Assembly (NCBI GenBank): GCA_048013815.1
Contig: CM106585.1
Coordinates: 18,910,001-18,974,000, forward strand
Length of the DNA: 64,000 bases
Origin: Setoptus koraiensis
Taxonomy: Eukaryota; Animalia; Arthropoda
Direction: 5' to 3'
Below are positions 21,901 to 33,900 of this stretch, one piece after another. The number at the start of each line of letters is the position of its first letter. The first letter of the stretch is position 1. The position numbers and the translations under genes were made by a program. The notes under the pieces were generated by a model. The model did not search any database, was not told the origin of the DNA, and saw nothing but the letters and a program-made list of their open reading frames with translations.

Positions 21901-24900
21901 GAAGAGAGAAGAAAGGAGAAAGAAGAGAAGAGAGAGAAAGAGAAGAAGAAAGAGAGAAGAGAAAGAAGAGAGGAGAAGAGAAAGAAGAGAAGAGAAGAAA
22001 GAGAGAAAGAAGAGAAGAGAGGAAAGAAGAGAAGAAGAAAGAGAGAGAAAGAAAGAGGAAGAGAAGAGAAGAAGAGAGGAGAGAAAAGAGAAGAAGAGAA
22101 GAAAGAGAGGAAGAGAAAAGAGAAAGGAAAGAAGGAGAGAAGAGGAAGAGAAGAGAAGAAGAGAAAGAGGAAGAAGAAAGAAGGAGAAGGAGAAGAGAAG
22201 AGGAAGAAGAGAAAGAAGAAAGAGAGGAAGAAGAAGAAAAGAGGAAAGAAGAGAGGAAGAGAAGAGAAAAGAAAGAAGGAAGAAAGAGAGAAAGGAGAGG
22301 AGAAAGAAGAAGAGGAAGAAGAAAAGAAGAGAGAAGAAAGAGGAGAAGAGAAGGAGAAAGAAGAGGAAGAAAGAGAGAAGAGGAGAAAGAGAGAAAGAGA
22401 AGAAGGAGGAAAGAAGAGAAGAAAGAAGAAGAGGAGAAGAGAAAAGAGGAGAGAGAAAGAGAAGAAAGAGAGGAAGAGAGAAGAAAGAGAAGAAGAGGAA
22501 AAGAAGAGAGAGGAAGAGAAAGAGAGAAAAGGAAAGAAGAGAGAGAGAAGAAAGAGAAGAAGAGAAGAAGAGAGAAAGAGAAGAAAAGAAGAGGGAGAGA
22601 AAGAAGGAAGAAGAGAGAGAAGGAGAAGAAGAGAAGGAAGAGAAGAGAGAGAGAAGAAAGGAAAGAAGAGGAAGAGAGAGAAGAAGAGAAGAGAAAGAAA
22701 AGAAGAGGAAGAAGGAGAAGAAGAGAAGAGAAGAGAGGAAAGAGAGAGAAAGAAAAGAGGAAGAGAAGAAGGAGAAGAAAGAAGAGGGAGAAGAGAAGGA
22801 AAGAGAGAAGAAGAAGAGAAGGAGAGAAAGAAAGAGGAAGAGAGAGGAAGAAGAGAAGAGGAAGAAGAAGAAGGAAGAAAGAAGAGAGAAAGAGGAGAAA
22901 GAAAGAGAGAAGAGAAGAGAAAAGAGGAAGAAAGGAGAGAGAGAAAGAAGAAAGAAGGAGAAAGAGAAGGAGAGAAAGAAAGAGAGAGAAAGAAGAAAGA
23001 AGAGAGAAAGAGAGGGAGAAGAGAGGAAGAAAGAGAAGAGAAGAGAAAGAGAGAAAAAAGAAGAGAGGAGAAGAAGAAAGAGAAGAGGAAGAAGGAGGAG
23101 AGAGGAAAGAGAAAGAGAAGGAAGAGAAGAGGAAAGAGAAGAAAGAGAAGAAGGAGAGAGAAGAAGAGAAAGAAGAAAGAGAGAGGAGAAAGAAGAGAAA
23201 GGAGAGAAGAAGGAAAGAAGAGAAGAAGGAGAAGAGAGAGAAGAAGGAAAGAGAGAAGAGGAGAAGAGAAAGAGGAAGAGAAGAAAGAGAGAAGAAGGAG
23301 AGAAAGGAGAAGAGAAGAGAAGAGAGAGAAGAAAAAGAGGAAGAGAAAGGAGGAAGAAGAAAGAGAAAAGAGGAGAGAGAGAAAGAGAAGAGAGGAGAAG
23401 AAGAAGAGAAGGAAAAGAGAAGAGGGAAAGAAGAGAGAGAAAGAGAGAGAAAGAGGAGAAGAAAGAGAAGAAGAGAAGGAGAGAAAAGAGGAAGAGAGAG
23501 AAGAGAAGGAGAGAGAAAAGGAGAAGAAGAGAAAGAGAGAAGGGAAGAAGAGAGGAAGAAGAGAGAGGAGAAGGAGAAGAAGAAAGAGAAAAGAGAGAAG
23601 AAGGAGAAAGGAAGAGAGAGAAAAGAGAGGAAAGAGAGAAGGAAGAGAGAAGAAGGAGGAGAAGAGAAAGAGAAGAGAAGAAAGAGAAGGAGAAAAGGAG
23701 AAGAGAGAGGAAGAAGAGGAAGAGAAGAGAGGAGAAGAGAGAAAAGAGAAGAGAAGGAAAGAAGAGAGAGAAAGAAGAGAAAGAGAAGAAGAAGGAAAGA
23801 AGAGAGAAGAGGAGAAAGAAGAGAGAGAAGAGAGAAAGAAGAGGAAGAGAAGAAAGAGAAAGAAGAGGAAGAGAAAGAGAGAAGAAGAAGAGAAGGAGAG
23901 AGAAAGAAGAAGAGAAGGAGAGAAGAGAAAGAAGAGAGGAAGAGAGGAAGAGAAGAGAGAAAGAGAAGAAAGAGAGAAGAGAGAGAAGAAGAGAAAGAGA
24001 AGAAAGAGAGAAGGAGAGAGAAAAGGAGAGAGAAAGAGAAAGAAGAGAAAAGAGGAGAAGAGAAGAAAAGAAAGAGAAGAAGGAAGAAGAGAAAGAGGAG
24101 AAAGAGAAGAGGAGAAGAAGAGGAGAAAGAGAAGAGAAGAAAGAGAGAAAGAGAGAAGAGAGAGAAGAGAGAAGAGAAAAGAGAGAAAGAAGAGGAGAAA
24201 AGAGAAGAGAAAAGAGAAGAGAGGAAGAGGAAAAAGAGAGAAGAGAGAAGAAGAAAGAGAAGGAGAAAAGAAGAGAAAGAGGAGAAGAAGAGAAGAAGAG
24301 GAGAAGAAGGAAGAGAAAGAGGAGAAGAGGAAGAAAGAGAGAAGAAGAGAAAGAAGAAAGAGGAAGAGAGAAAGAGAGAAGGAGAAGAGAAGAGAAGAAG
24401 AAGAGAAGAGAGGAGAGAAAGAGAAGAGGAGAGAAAGAGGAAGAAGAGAGGAAGAAAAGAGAAGAAGAGAAGAGAAAAGAAGAGAAGAGAAAGAGAAGAA
24501 GAGGAGAAAGAGAAGGAAAAGAGAGAAAGAGGAGAGAAGAGAGAAAGAGAGAAGAGAGAAAGAAGAAGAGGAAGAGGAGAAGAAAGAAAGAGAAAGAGAA
24601 GGAGAGAAGAGAAGAGAAGAGAAAGAGAAGGAGAGGAAAGAAAGAAGAGAGAAAGAAGGAGAGAAAGAAGAAAGAAGGAGAAAGAGAAAGAGAGGAAGAG
24701 AAGAGGAGAGGAGAAAGAAGAAGAAGAGAAAGAAGAGAAGAAGAGAGAAGAAGAAAGAGAAGGAGAAGAAAGAAGAAGAAAGAAGAGGAGAAAGAAAGAG
24801 AAGAGAGAGAGGAAGAGAAAAGAAGAAGAGAAAGAGAGAAGAGGAAGAGAAGAGAAAGAAGAGAAAGGAGAGAGAAGAAGAAAAGAGAGAAGGAGAAGAG

Positions 24901-27900
24901 AGAAGGAAAGAGAAGAGAGAAAGAAAGAGAAGAAAAAGAAGAGAAGAGAAAGAGAGAAAGAGAGAAGAAAAGAGAGAAGAAAGAGAAGAAGAGAGAGGAA
25001 GAAGAAGAGAAGAGAAGAGAAAAGAGGAAAGAAGAGAGAAAAGAGAAGGAAGAGAAAGAGAGAAGAGAAGAAGAGAGAAGAGAGAGAAGAAAGAAGAGAG
25101 GAGAAGAGAGAAGAGAAGAAGAAAAGAAGAGAAAGAGAGAGAAGAAAGAGAAGAAGAAGGAGAAGAAAAGAGAAGAGAGAAAGAAAAGAAGGAGAGAAGA
25201 AGAAAGAGAAGAAGAGAAAGAAAAGGAGAGAGGAGAGAAAGAGAAGAGAAAGAGAGGAGAAAGAAGAGGAGAAGAGGAGAGAAAAAGAGAAGAAAGAGAA
25301 AAGAAGAAAGAGAAGAGAAGAGAAAGAAGGAGAGAGAAAGGAAGGAAGAAGAAAAGAAAGAGAAAGGAGAAAGAAGGAGAAGAGAGGAGAAAAGAGAAGA
25401 GAGAAGAAAGAGAGAAGAAGAGAAAGAGGAGAAAGAGAGAAAGAAGAGGAGAAGAGAAAAGAAGGAAAGAGAGAAGAGAGAAGAAAGAGGAAGAAAGAAG
25501 AAGGAAGAAGAGAGAAAGAGGAAGAGAAAAGAAAGAAGAAAGAGGAGAAAGAGAAGAAAGAAGAGAGAAGAGAAAGAAAGAGAAGAAAAGAGAGGAGAAG
25601 AGAGGAGAAAGAGGAGAAGAGAAGAAAGAAGAGAAAGAAGAAGAGAAAAGAGAAGAGAAGAGGAAAAGAAAGAGAAGAAAGAGAGAAAGAGAAGAGAAGA
25701 GAAAAGAAGAGAAGAGAAAAGAGAGAAAGAGGAAAGAAGAAGAAGAAAAGAGAAAGAAGAGAGAAGGAGGAGAAGGAGAGAAAGAAGAAGAGAAAGAGGA
25801 AGAGAGAAAAGAAGAAAGAGAGAAGAGAGAAGAAGAGAAGAGAGAGAAAGAGAAGAAGAGAAGAGAAAGAAGAGAAGAGAGGAGAGAAAGAGAAGAAGAG
25901 AGAAGAAAGAGAGAAGAGGAAGAAAGAGAAGAGAAGAGAAAAGAGAGAAAGAAGAGAAAGAGAGAAAAGAGAGAAAGAAGAGGAAAGAGAAGAGAAAGAG
26001 AGAAAGAGAAGAGAGGAGAAAAGAGAGGAAAGAAAGAAGAGAGAAGAAGAAGAGGAGAGAAAAGAAGAGAAAGAGAAGAGAAGAGAAGAAAGAGAAGAAA
26101 AGAAGAGAGGAAAGAGAAGAGAAGAAAGAGAAAGAGAAGAGAGAAAGAGAGAAAGAGAGAAGAAAAGAGAGAAAGAGAAGAAAGAAGAGAGGAAGAAGAG
26201 AAGAAGAGAGAAGAGGAAGAAAGAGAAAGAAGAGAGAAAGAGAAAAGAGAAGGAGAGAAGGAAAAGAGAGAAAGAGAAGAAGAAGAGAAGGAGAAAAGAG
26301 AAGAGAGGAAAGAGAAAGAAGAGAAAGAAGAGAAAGAGAAGAAAGAGAGAGAAGGAAGAGAAGAAGAAGAAGGAGAGAAGAGAAAGAAAGAAGAGAGAAA
26401 GAAGGAAGAGAAGAAAGGAGAGGAAGAAAGAGAAGAAAGGAGAAAGAGAAGAAGAGAGAAGAGAGAAAGAAGAGAAAGAGAAGGAGAAGAGAAAAGAGAG
26501 AGGAGAGAAAAGAAGAGAAGAAGGAGAAGAGAGAGAAAAGAGAAGAAGAAAGAGAGGAGAAAGAGAAGGAGAGAGAAAGAAGAGAAGAAAGAAGAGAAGG
26601 AGAAGAGAAGAAGGAGAAGAAGAGAGGGAAAGAAAGAAGAGGAAGAGAGAAGAGAGAAGGAGAAGAGAAAGAAAGAGAGAGAAGAGAGAAGAAAGAGGAG
26701 AGAAAGAAGAGAGAGGAGAAGAAGAAGAGAAAGAGAAGAGAGAGAAAGGAAGAGAAAAGAAGAGGAAGAGAAAGAAGAGAAAGAAGAGAAAGAGAGGAAG
26801 AGAAGAGAGAGGAGAAAGAAGAAGAGAAGAAGAGGAAGAGAAGAGGAAGAAAAGAGAGAGGAGAGAAAAGAGAGAGAAGAGAAGAGAAGGAAAAGAGAGA
26901 AGAAAAGAGAGAAGAGAAGAAGAGAGGAGAAAGAAGAAGAGAGGAAGAGAAAAGAGAAAGAAGAAGAGAGAAAGAAGAGAAGAGAAGGAGAGAAGAGAAG
27001 AGAAGAAGAGGAGAAGAGAGAGAAAAAGAGGAAAGGAGGAAGAGAAAGAGAAGAAAGGAAGAGGAGAAAGAGAGAGAAAGAAGAAGAGAGAGAAAGAAGA
27101 GAAAGAGAGAAGAAGAGAAGAGAGAAAAGAAGAGAGAGGAAGAGAAGAGGAGAAAAGAGAAGGAGAGAAGAGAGAAAGAAAGAGAGAAGAGAGAAGAAAG
27201 AAGAGGAGAGAAAGAGGAAAGAAAGAGAAGAGAGAGAAGAGAAGAAGAGAGAAAGAGAGAAGAGGAAGAGAAGAAAGGAGAAGAGGAAGAGAGAGAAGAG
27301 AAAAGAGAAGAGAAGAGGAGAAGAGAAAGAAGAGAGAGAAAGAGAGAAGAAAGAGAGAAGAAGAAGAGGGAGAGAGAAGAGAAAAGAGAGAGAAAAGAGA
27401 GAGGAGAAGAAAGAAGAGAAAGAGAGGAGAAGAGAGAAAGAAGAGAAAGAGAAGAGAGAAAAGAAGAGAAGAAAGAGAAGAGAGAGAAAGAAGAGAAGAG
27501 AGAGAAGAAGGAGAGAAAGAGAGAGAAAGAGAAAGAGAGAAAGAAGAGAGAAGAAGGAGAAAGAGAGAAGAGAGAAAGAAGGAGAAGAGAAAGAGAAGAG
27601 GAGAGGAAGAGAAGAAGAGAGAAAAGAGAAGAGAAGAAGAGAAGAAAGAAGAGGAAGAAGAGAAAGAGAGAGAGGAAAGAGAGAGAAAAGGAAGAGAAAG
27701 AGAGAGGAGAGAAAGAAGAGAAAGAAGAGAGAGAAAGAAGGAGAGAAGAAAGAGAGAAGAAGAGAAGAGGAGAGGAGAGAAAGAGGAAGAAGAGAGAAAG
27801 AGAAAAGAGAAAGAAAGAAGGAGAAGAAGGAGAGAGAAGAGAAGAAAGAGGAAGAGAAGAGAGAAAGAGAAGAGAAAGAGAGAAGAGAGGAAGAAAAGAA

Positions 27901-30900
27901 GAGAAGAGGAAGAGAGAAAGAAGAGAAGGAGAAAAGAAGAGAGGAAAAGAGAAGAAGGAAGAGAGAAAGAAGAGAGAAAGAGGAGAGAAGAAGAGAAGAG
28001 AAAGAGAGGGAAAGAAGAGAGAGAAGAGGGAGAGAAAGAGAAAAGAAAGAGAGAAGAGAAAGAGAGAGAAGAAGGAGAAGAAGAGAGAAGAAGAGAGAAA
28101 GAGGAAGAAAGAAGAAAGAGAAGAGGAGAAAGAAGAGAAAGAGAGAAAAGAAGGAGAAGAGGAGAGAAGAAGAGAAGAGAGAAGAGGAAGAGAAGAGAGA
28201 GAAAGAAGAAGAGAAAGAGAGAAAGAGGAAAAGAAGAGAAAGAGAGAAGAAGAAGAGAAAAAGAAGGAGAAAGAAGAAGAGAAGGAAGAGAGAGGAAGAA
28301 AGAGAGAAAGAGAGGAAGAGAAGAAAAGAAGAAGAGAAGAGGAGAGAAAGAGAGGAGAAGAAAGAGAAGAGAAGAAGAGGAGAGAAAAGAAAGAGAGAAG
28401 AGAAGAAGAGAAGAGGAGAAAGAGGAGAGAAGAAAGAGAAGAGGAGAAGAAAGAAGGAGAAAGAAGAGAGAAGAGAGGAAAGAAGAGAGAAAGAAAGAGG
28501 AGAAAGAAGAAGAGAAGAGAAAGAAGAGAGAAAGAAAGAGAAGAAAGAGAAGAGAAAAAGAGGAAGAGAAGAGAGAAAGAGAGGAAAGAAAGAGAGAGAA
28601 AGAGAAAGAAGAAGAGAAGAGAAGAGGAAGAGAAAGAAGGAGAGAAGAAGAGAAAGAAGAGGAAGAGAGAAGAAAGAGGAGAGAAAGAGAAGAAAGAGAA
28701 GAAGAGAAAGAGAGGAAGAAGAGAAGAAGAAGAGAGAGAAAGAGAAGAGAAAGAAGAGAAGAGAGAAAGAGAAGAGGAAAGAGAAGAGAAAGAAAGAGGA
28801 AGAAGAGAAAGAAGAGAAGAAAAGAGAAGAGAAGAGAAGAAGAGGAAAGAGAGAAGGAAGAGAGAAAGAGAGAGAAAGAAAAGAGAAGAGAGAAAGAAGA
28901 GAGAAAAGAGAGAGGAAGAGAAAGAAGAAGAGAGAAAAGAGAAGAGAAAGGAAGAAGAGAGGAGAAGAGAGAAGAAAAGAGAGAGAAGAGAGAAAGAGAA
29001 GAAGAAGAAGAGGAAGAGAAGAGAAGAGAGAAAAGAGAAAGAGAAGAAGAGAGAGAAGAGAAAAGAAGAGAGAAGAAAAGAGAGGAAAGAGAAGAAGAGA
29101 GAAAGAGGAGAGAAAAGAGAGAAGAGAAGAAAGAGAAAGAGAAGAAGAGAGAAGAGAAGAAAAGAGAAGAGAGAAGAGAGGAAGAGAAGAAGAAGAGAAA
29201 AGAGAGGAAGAGAGAAGAAGGAGAGAAAGAGAAGAAAGAAGAGAGAAAGAAGAGAAGAAGAAGAGAAAAGAGGAGAAGAAGAGAAGAAGAGAAAAGAGAG
29301 AGAAAGAGAAGAGAAGGAGAAAGAGAGAGAAGAAGAGAAAGAAGAGAAGAAAGGAGAAGAGAGAAAGAGAAAGAGGGAGAAAGAAGAGAAGAAAGAGAGA
29401 AGAGAGAAAGAAGGAAGAGAAAAGAAAGAAGGAGAGAAGAAAGAGAAGAAGAAAGAGAGGAAGAAAGAAAGAGAAGAGAAGAAAAGAAGAGAAAGAGGAG
29501 AAAGGAGAAAAGAAAGAGAGGAGAAAGAGAAGAGAAGAGAGAAGAAAGAGAGAAGAGAAAAAGAAGAGAAGAAAAGAGAAAGAGGAGAAGAGAGAGAAAG
29601 AGAAGAGAAGAAAGAGAGAAGAGAAAGAGAGAAGAGAAGAGAAAAGAAGAGAAGAAGGAAAGAGAAGAGAAGAAGAGAAGAAGAGAGAAGGAGAAAAGAG
29701 AAGAAGAGAAAGAGAAGAGGAGAAGAGAAAGAGAGAAAAGAGAGAAGAGAGAAGAGGAAGAAGAGAAGAGAAGAGAGAAGAAGAAAGAGAAAGAAGAGAA
29801 AAGAGAGAGAAAGAAGAGAGAGAAGAGAAAGAAGAGAGAAAGAGAGAAGAGAAAGAGGAGAAGAGAAGAAGAGAAGAGGAGAGAAAGAGAGAAGAAAGAG
29901 AAGAGAAGAGGAGAAAGAGAAAGAAGGAGAGAAGAGAAAGAAGAAGAGAAGAAAAAGAAAGAGGAGAAGAAGAAGAGAAAGAAGAAAGGAGAAGAAGAGA
30001 AGAAGAAGAAAGAGAAGAGAGAGAAAGAGGAAGAGGAGAGAAGAAAAGAAGAGGAAGAAGAAAGGAGAAGAGGAAGAGAAAGAGAGAAGAAGAAGAAAGA
30101 GGAAAGAGAAGAGAGAGAAAGGAGAAGAGAGGAAGAGAAGAAGAAAGAAAGAAGAGAGAAAGAAAGAGAGAAGAGGAGAAAGAGAAGAGAAAGAGAGGAA
30201 AGAGGAAGAGAGGAAGAAAGAAGAAAGAGAGGAAGAAGAGAGAAGAGAAGAGGAAGAAGAGAAAGAAGAGGAAGAGGAAAGAAGAAAGAGAGAAGAAGAA
30301 GAGGAGAAAAGAGAGAAAGAGGAGAAAGAGAAGAGAAAGAAGAAAGAGAAGAAGGAGAGAAGAAAGAAGAAAGAGGAAGAAGAGAGAAAAGAGAAGAAGA
30401 GAAAGAGGAGAGAAGAAAGAGGAAAGAGAGAAGAGAGAAGAAAAGAAAGAGAAGAGAAGAAGAAGAGGAGAAGAGAAGAAGGAAAGAGAGAGGAGAAAAG
30501 AAGAGAAGAGAAGAGAAGAAGAGAGAAAGAAGAGAAGAGAAGAAGAAAGGGAGAGAAGAAGAAAGAGGAGAGAAAGAAGGAGAAAGAAGAGAAGGAGAAA
30601 GAGAGAAGAAGAGAAGAGAGAAAGGAGAGAAAGAAGAGAGAGGAAGAAAGAGAAAGAGGAAGAAGAGAAAAGAGAAGAGGAGAAGAGAAGAAAGAAGAGA
30701 GGAGAGAAAGAGAAGGAGAAGAAGAGGAAAAGAGAGAAGAGAGAAAGAGAGGAGAAAGAAGAGAGAAAGAGAAGAGGAGAAAGAGAAGAGGAGAAGAGAA
30801 GGAGAAGAGAAAGAGAGAAGAGAGAAGAAGGAAGAAGAGAAAAGAGAAGAAAGAGGAAGAAGAGAAGAGAAAGAGAGAAGAGGAGAAGAGAGAGGAAAGA

Positions 30901-33900
30901 AGAAGAGAAGAAGAGAAGAGAGAGAAGAGGAAGAAAAGAAAGAGAGAAGAAAGAGAGAGAGGAAGAGAAGAAAAGAGAAGAAAGAGAGGAAGAGAGAGAA
31001 AGGAAGAAGGAAGAGAGAAGGAGAAAGAGAGAGAAGAAAGAGGAAGAGAGAAAGAAGAGAAAGAGGAAGAAAGAGAAGAGAAGAGAAAAGAGAAAGAGGA
31101 AGGAAGAAGAGAGAGAGAAAGAGGAGAGGAGAAAGAAGAAGAGAGAAAGAGAGAGAAGAAAGAAGAGAGAAAGAAGAGAGAAAGGAAGAAGAGGAAGAGA
31201 GAAGAGAAAGAGAGGAGAGAAAGAGAGGAAGAGAAAGAGAGGAAGAGAAGGAGAAAGGAGAAAGAAGAGAAAAGAGAAGAGAGAGGAGAAAGAAGAGAGA
31301 AAGAGGAAGAAGAGAAAGAGAAGAGAAGAGAAGAGAGAAAAGGAGAGAAGGAAGAGAAGAGAAAGAAGAGAAAGAGAGAGGAAGAAGAGAAGAGAAAGAG
31401 AGAGAGGAAAGAGAAGAGAGAGAAGAAGGAAGAAAAGAAAGAAGAGAAGAGAAGAGAGAAGAGAAGAAAGAGAAGAGAAAGAGAAAGAGGAGAAGAGAAG
31501 AAAGAGAAGAAGGAGAAGAAGAGAGGAAGAGAAAGAGAAGGAGAGGAAAGAGAAGAGAGGAAAGAGAAGGAGAAGAGAGAAAGAGAAGAGAGAAGAGAAA
31601 GAAGAGAAGAGGAAGAGAAGAGAGAAAGAAGGAAGAGAAGAGAAGAAAGAGGAGAAGAGGAGAAGAGAGAAAGGAAGAGAAGAGGAAAGAAGGAAGAGAA
31701 AGAGAGAAGAAAGAGGAAGAGAAGAAGAGAGAAAGAGAGAGGAAAGAAGAAGAAGAGAAGAGGAAAAGAGGAGAGAAAGAGAAGAGGAGAGAAAAGAGAA
31801 GAGGAGAAGGAGAGAAAGAAAGAGGAGAGAGAAAGAAGAGAAGAAAGAGAGGAAGAAGAAGGAGAGAAAGAGAAGAAGAGGAGAAAGAAAGAGGAAAAGA
31901 AGAGAGGAGAGGAAGAAAGAGAGAAGAGAAGAGAAGAGAGAAAGAAGAGAGAAGAAGAGAAGAGAGAAGAAAGAGAGGAGAAGAAAGAGAGAAGAAGAGG
32001 AGAAAAGAGAAAGAGAGAGGAGAAGAGAGAAGAGAAGAAAGAGAGAAAGAGGAGAAGAGAAAGAGAGAAGAGAGAGAAGAAAGAGAGGAAGAGAGAAGAG
32101 GAAGAAAGAGAGAGGAAAGAAGAGAAAGGAAAGAGAAAGAGAAGAGAAGAGGAGAAAAGAGAAGAAAGAAGAAAGAAGGAAGAGGAGAGAAGAAGGAGAA
32201 GAAGAGAGGAGAAAAGAGAAGAGAAGAGAAAGAAGAGAAGAAAGAGAGAAGAGGAAGAGAAGAAAAGAGAAAGAAGAAGAGAAGAGAGAAAGAAGGAAGA
32301 AGAGAAGAGAAAGAGAGAAAGAAGAGAAGAGAAGGAGAGAGAAAGAGAAGAAGAGAGAGAGAAGAGGAGAAGAAGAGAGAGAGAAAGAAGAGAGAAAGAG
32401 GAAGAAAAGAGAAGAGAAGAAGAAAGAGGAGAAAGAGAGAAAGAAGAGAAGAGAAAGAGGAGAGAGAAGAGAAGAGAGAGAAAAAGAGAGAGGAGAAGGA
32501 AGAGAGAGGAAGAAAGAAGAGAAGAAGAGAGAAAGAGAAGGAGAAGAGAGAGAAAGAGAAGAGAGGAAAGAAAGAGGAGAGAAAGGAGAAGAGAAGGAGG
32601 AGAAAGAGAGAAGAAGGAAGAGAGAAAGAGAAGAGAGAAGAGAGAGAGGGAAAGAAAGAGAAGAGAAGAGAAGAAGAGGAGAAGAAGAAGGAAGGAGAAG
32701 AGAAAGAGAGAAAGAAGAGAAAGAAGAGAAGAGGAAGAGAAGAGAGAAAGAGGAGAAAGAAAAGAAGGAGAAGAAGAGAAGGAAAGAGGAGAAGAGAAGA
32801 GAAGAGGAGAAAAGAGAAAAAAGAGAGAAAAGAGAGAGAGAGGAAGAGAGAAAGGAAGAGAAGAAGAGGGAAGAGAAGAGAAAGAAGAGAAGAGGAGAGA
32901 GGAAAGAGAAAGAAGGAGAAGAAAGAGAAGAGAGAAAGAGAAGAGAAGGAGAAGAAAGAGAAGAGAGGAAGAGAGAGAAAAGAGAGGAGAGAAAGAAGGA
33001 AGAGAAGAGAAGAAAGAGAGGAGAAGAGAAAGAGGAAGAGGAGAAAGAAGAGAAGAGAGAAGGAGAGAAAGAGAGGAAGAGAAGAGAAGAGAAGAGAAGG
33101 AGAGAGGAGAAGAGGAAGAAGAAGAAAGGAGAAGAGAGAAGAGAAAGAGGAGAGAAGAGGAAAGAGGGAGAGAAAGAAGGAGAGAGAAGGAAAGAGAGGA
33201 GAAGAGAAGAGAAGAGGAAAGAAGAAAGAGAAGAAGAGGAAGAGAAGGAGAAAGAGAAGAGAGGAGAAAGAAGAGAGAGAAGAGGAGAGAAGAGAAGAAA
33301 AGAGAGAAGAAGAGAAGAGAGGAGAAGAAAGAAAGGAAGAGAAAGAGAGAAGAGGAAGAGAAAAGAGAAAGGAAGAGAGAAGAGAAGAGAAAAGAGAAGA
33401 AAGAAGAGAAGAGAAAAGGAGAGAAGGAAGAGAAAGAGAAGAGAAGAGAAAGAGAGAGAAGAGGAGAAGAGAAGAGAGAAAGAAGGAGAGAAGAGGAAGA
33501 AGAAAGAAGAGAAGAAAGAGGAAGGAGAAGAGAAAGAGAGAGAAGAGAGAAAAGGAAGAAGAGAAAGAAGGAGAGAAAGAGAAAGAAGGAAGAGAGAAAG
33601 AGAGAAGAGAGAAGAGAAAAAGAGAGAAAGAGAGGAAGGAAGAGAAGAAAGAGAGAGAAAGAGAAAGAGGAAGAGAGGAAGAGAAGAGAAAGGAAGAAAG
33701 AGAGGAGAAAAGAGAGAAGAGAAGAAGAAGGAGAAGAGGAAAGAAGAGAAGGAGAAAGAAGGAGAAGAGAGAAGAGGAGAAAGAAGAAGAGGAGAAGAAA
33801 GAGAGAGGAAGAGAGAAGAGAAAGAAGAGAGAGGAGAGAAAGAAGAAGAGAGAAGAAAGAGAAGAGAAGAAAGAAGAAAGAGGAAGGAAAGAAGAGGAGA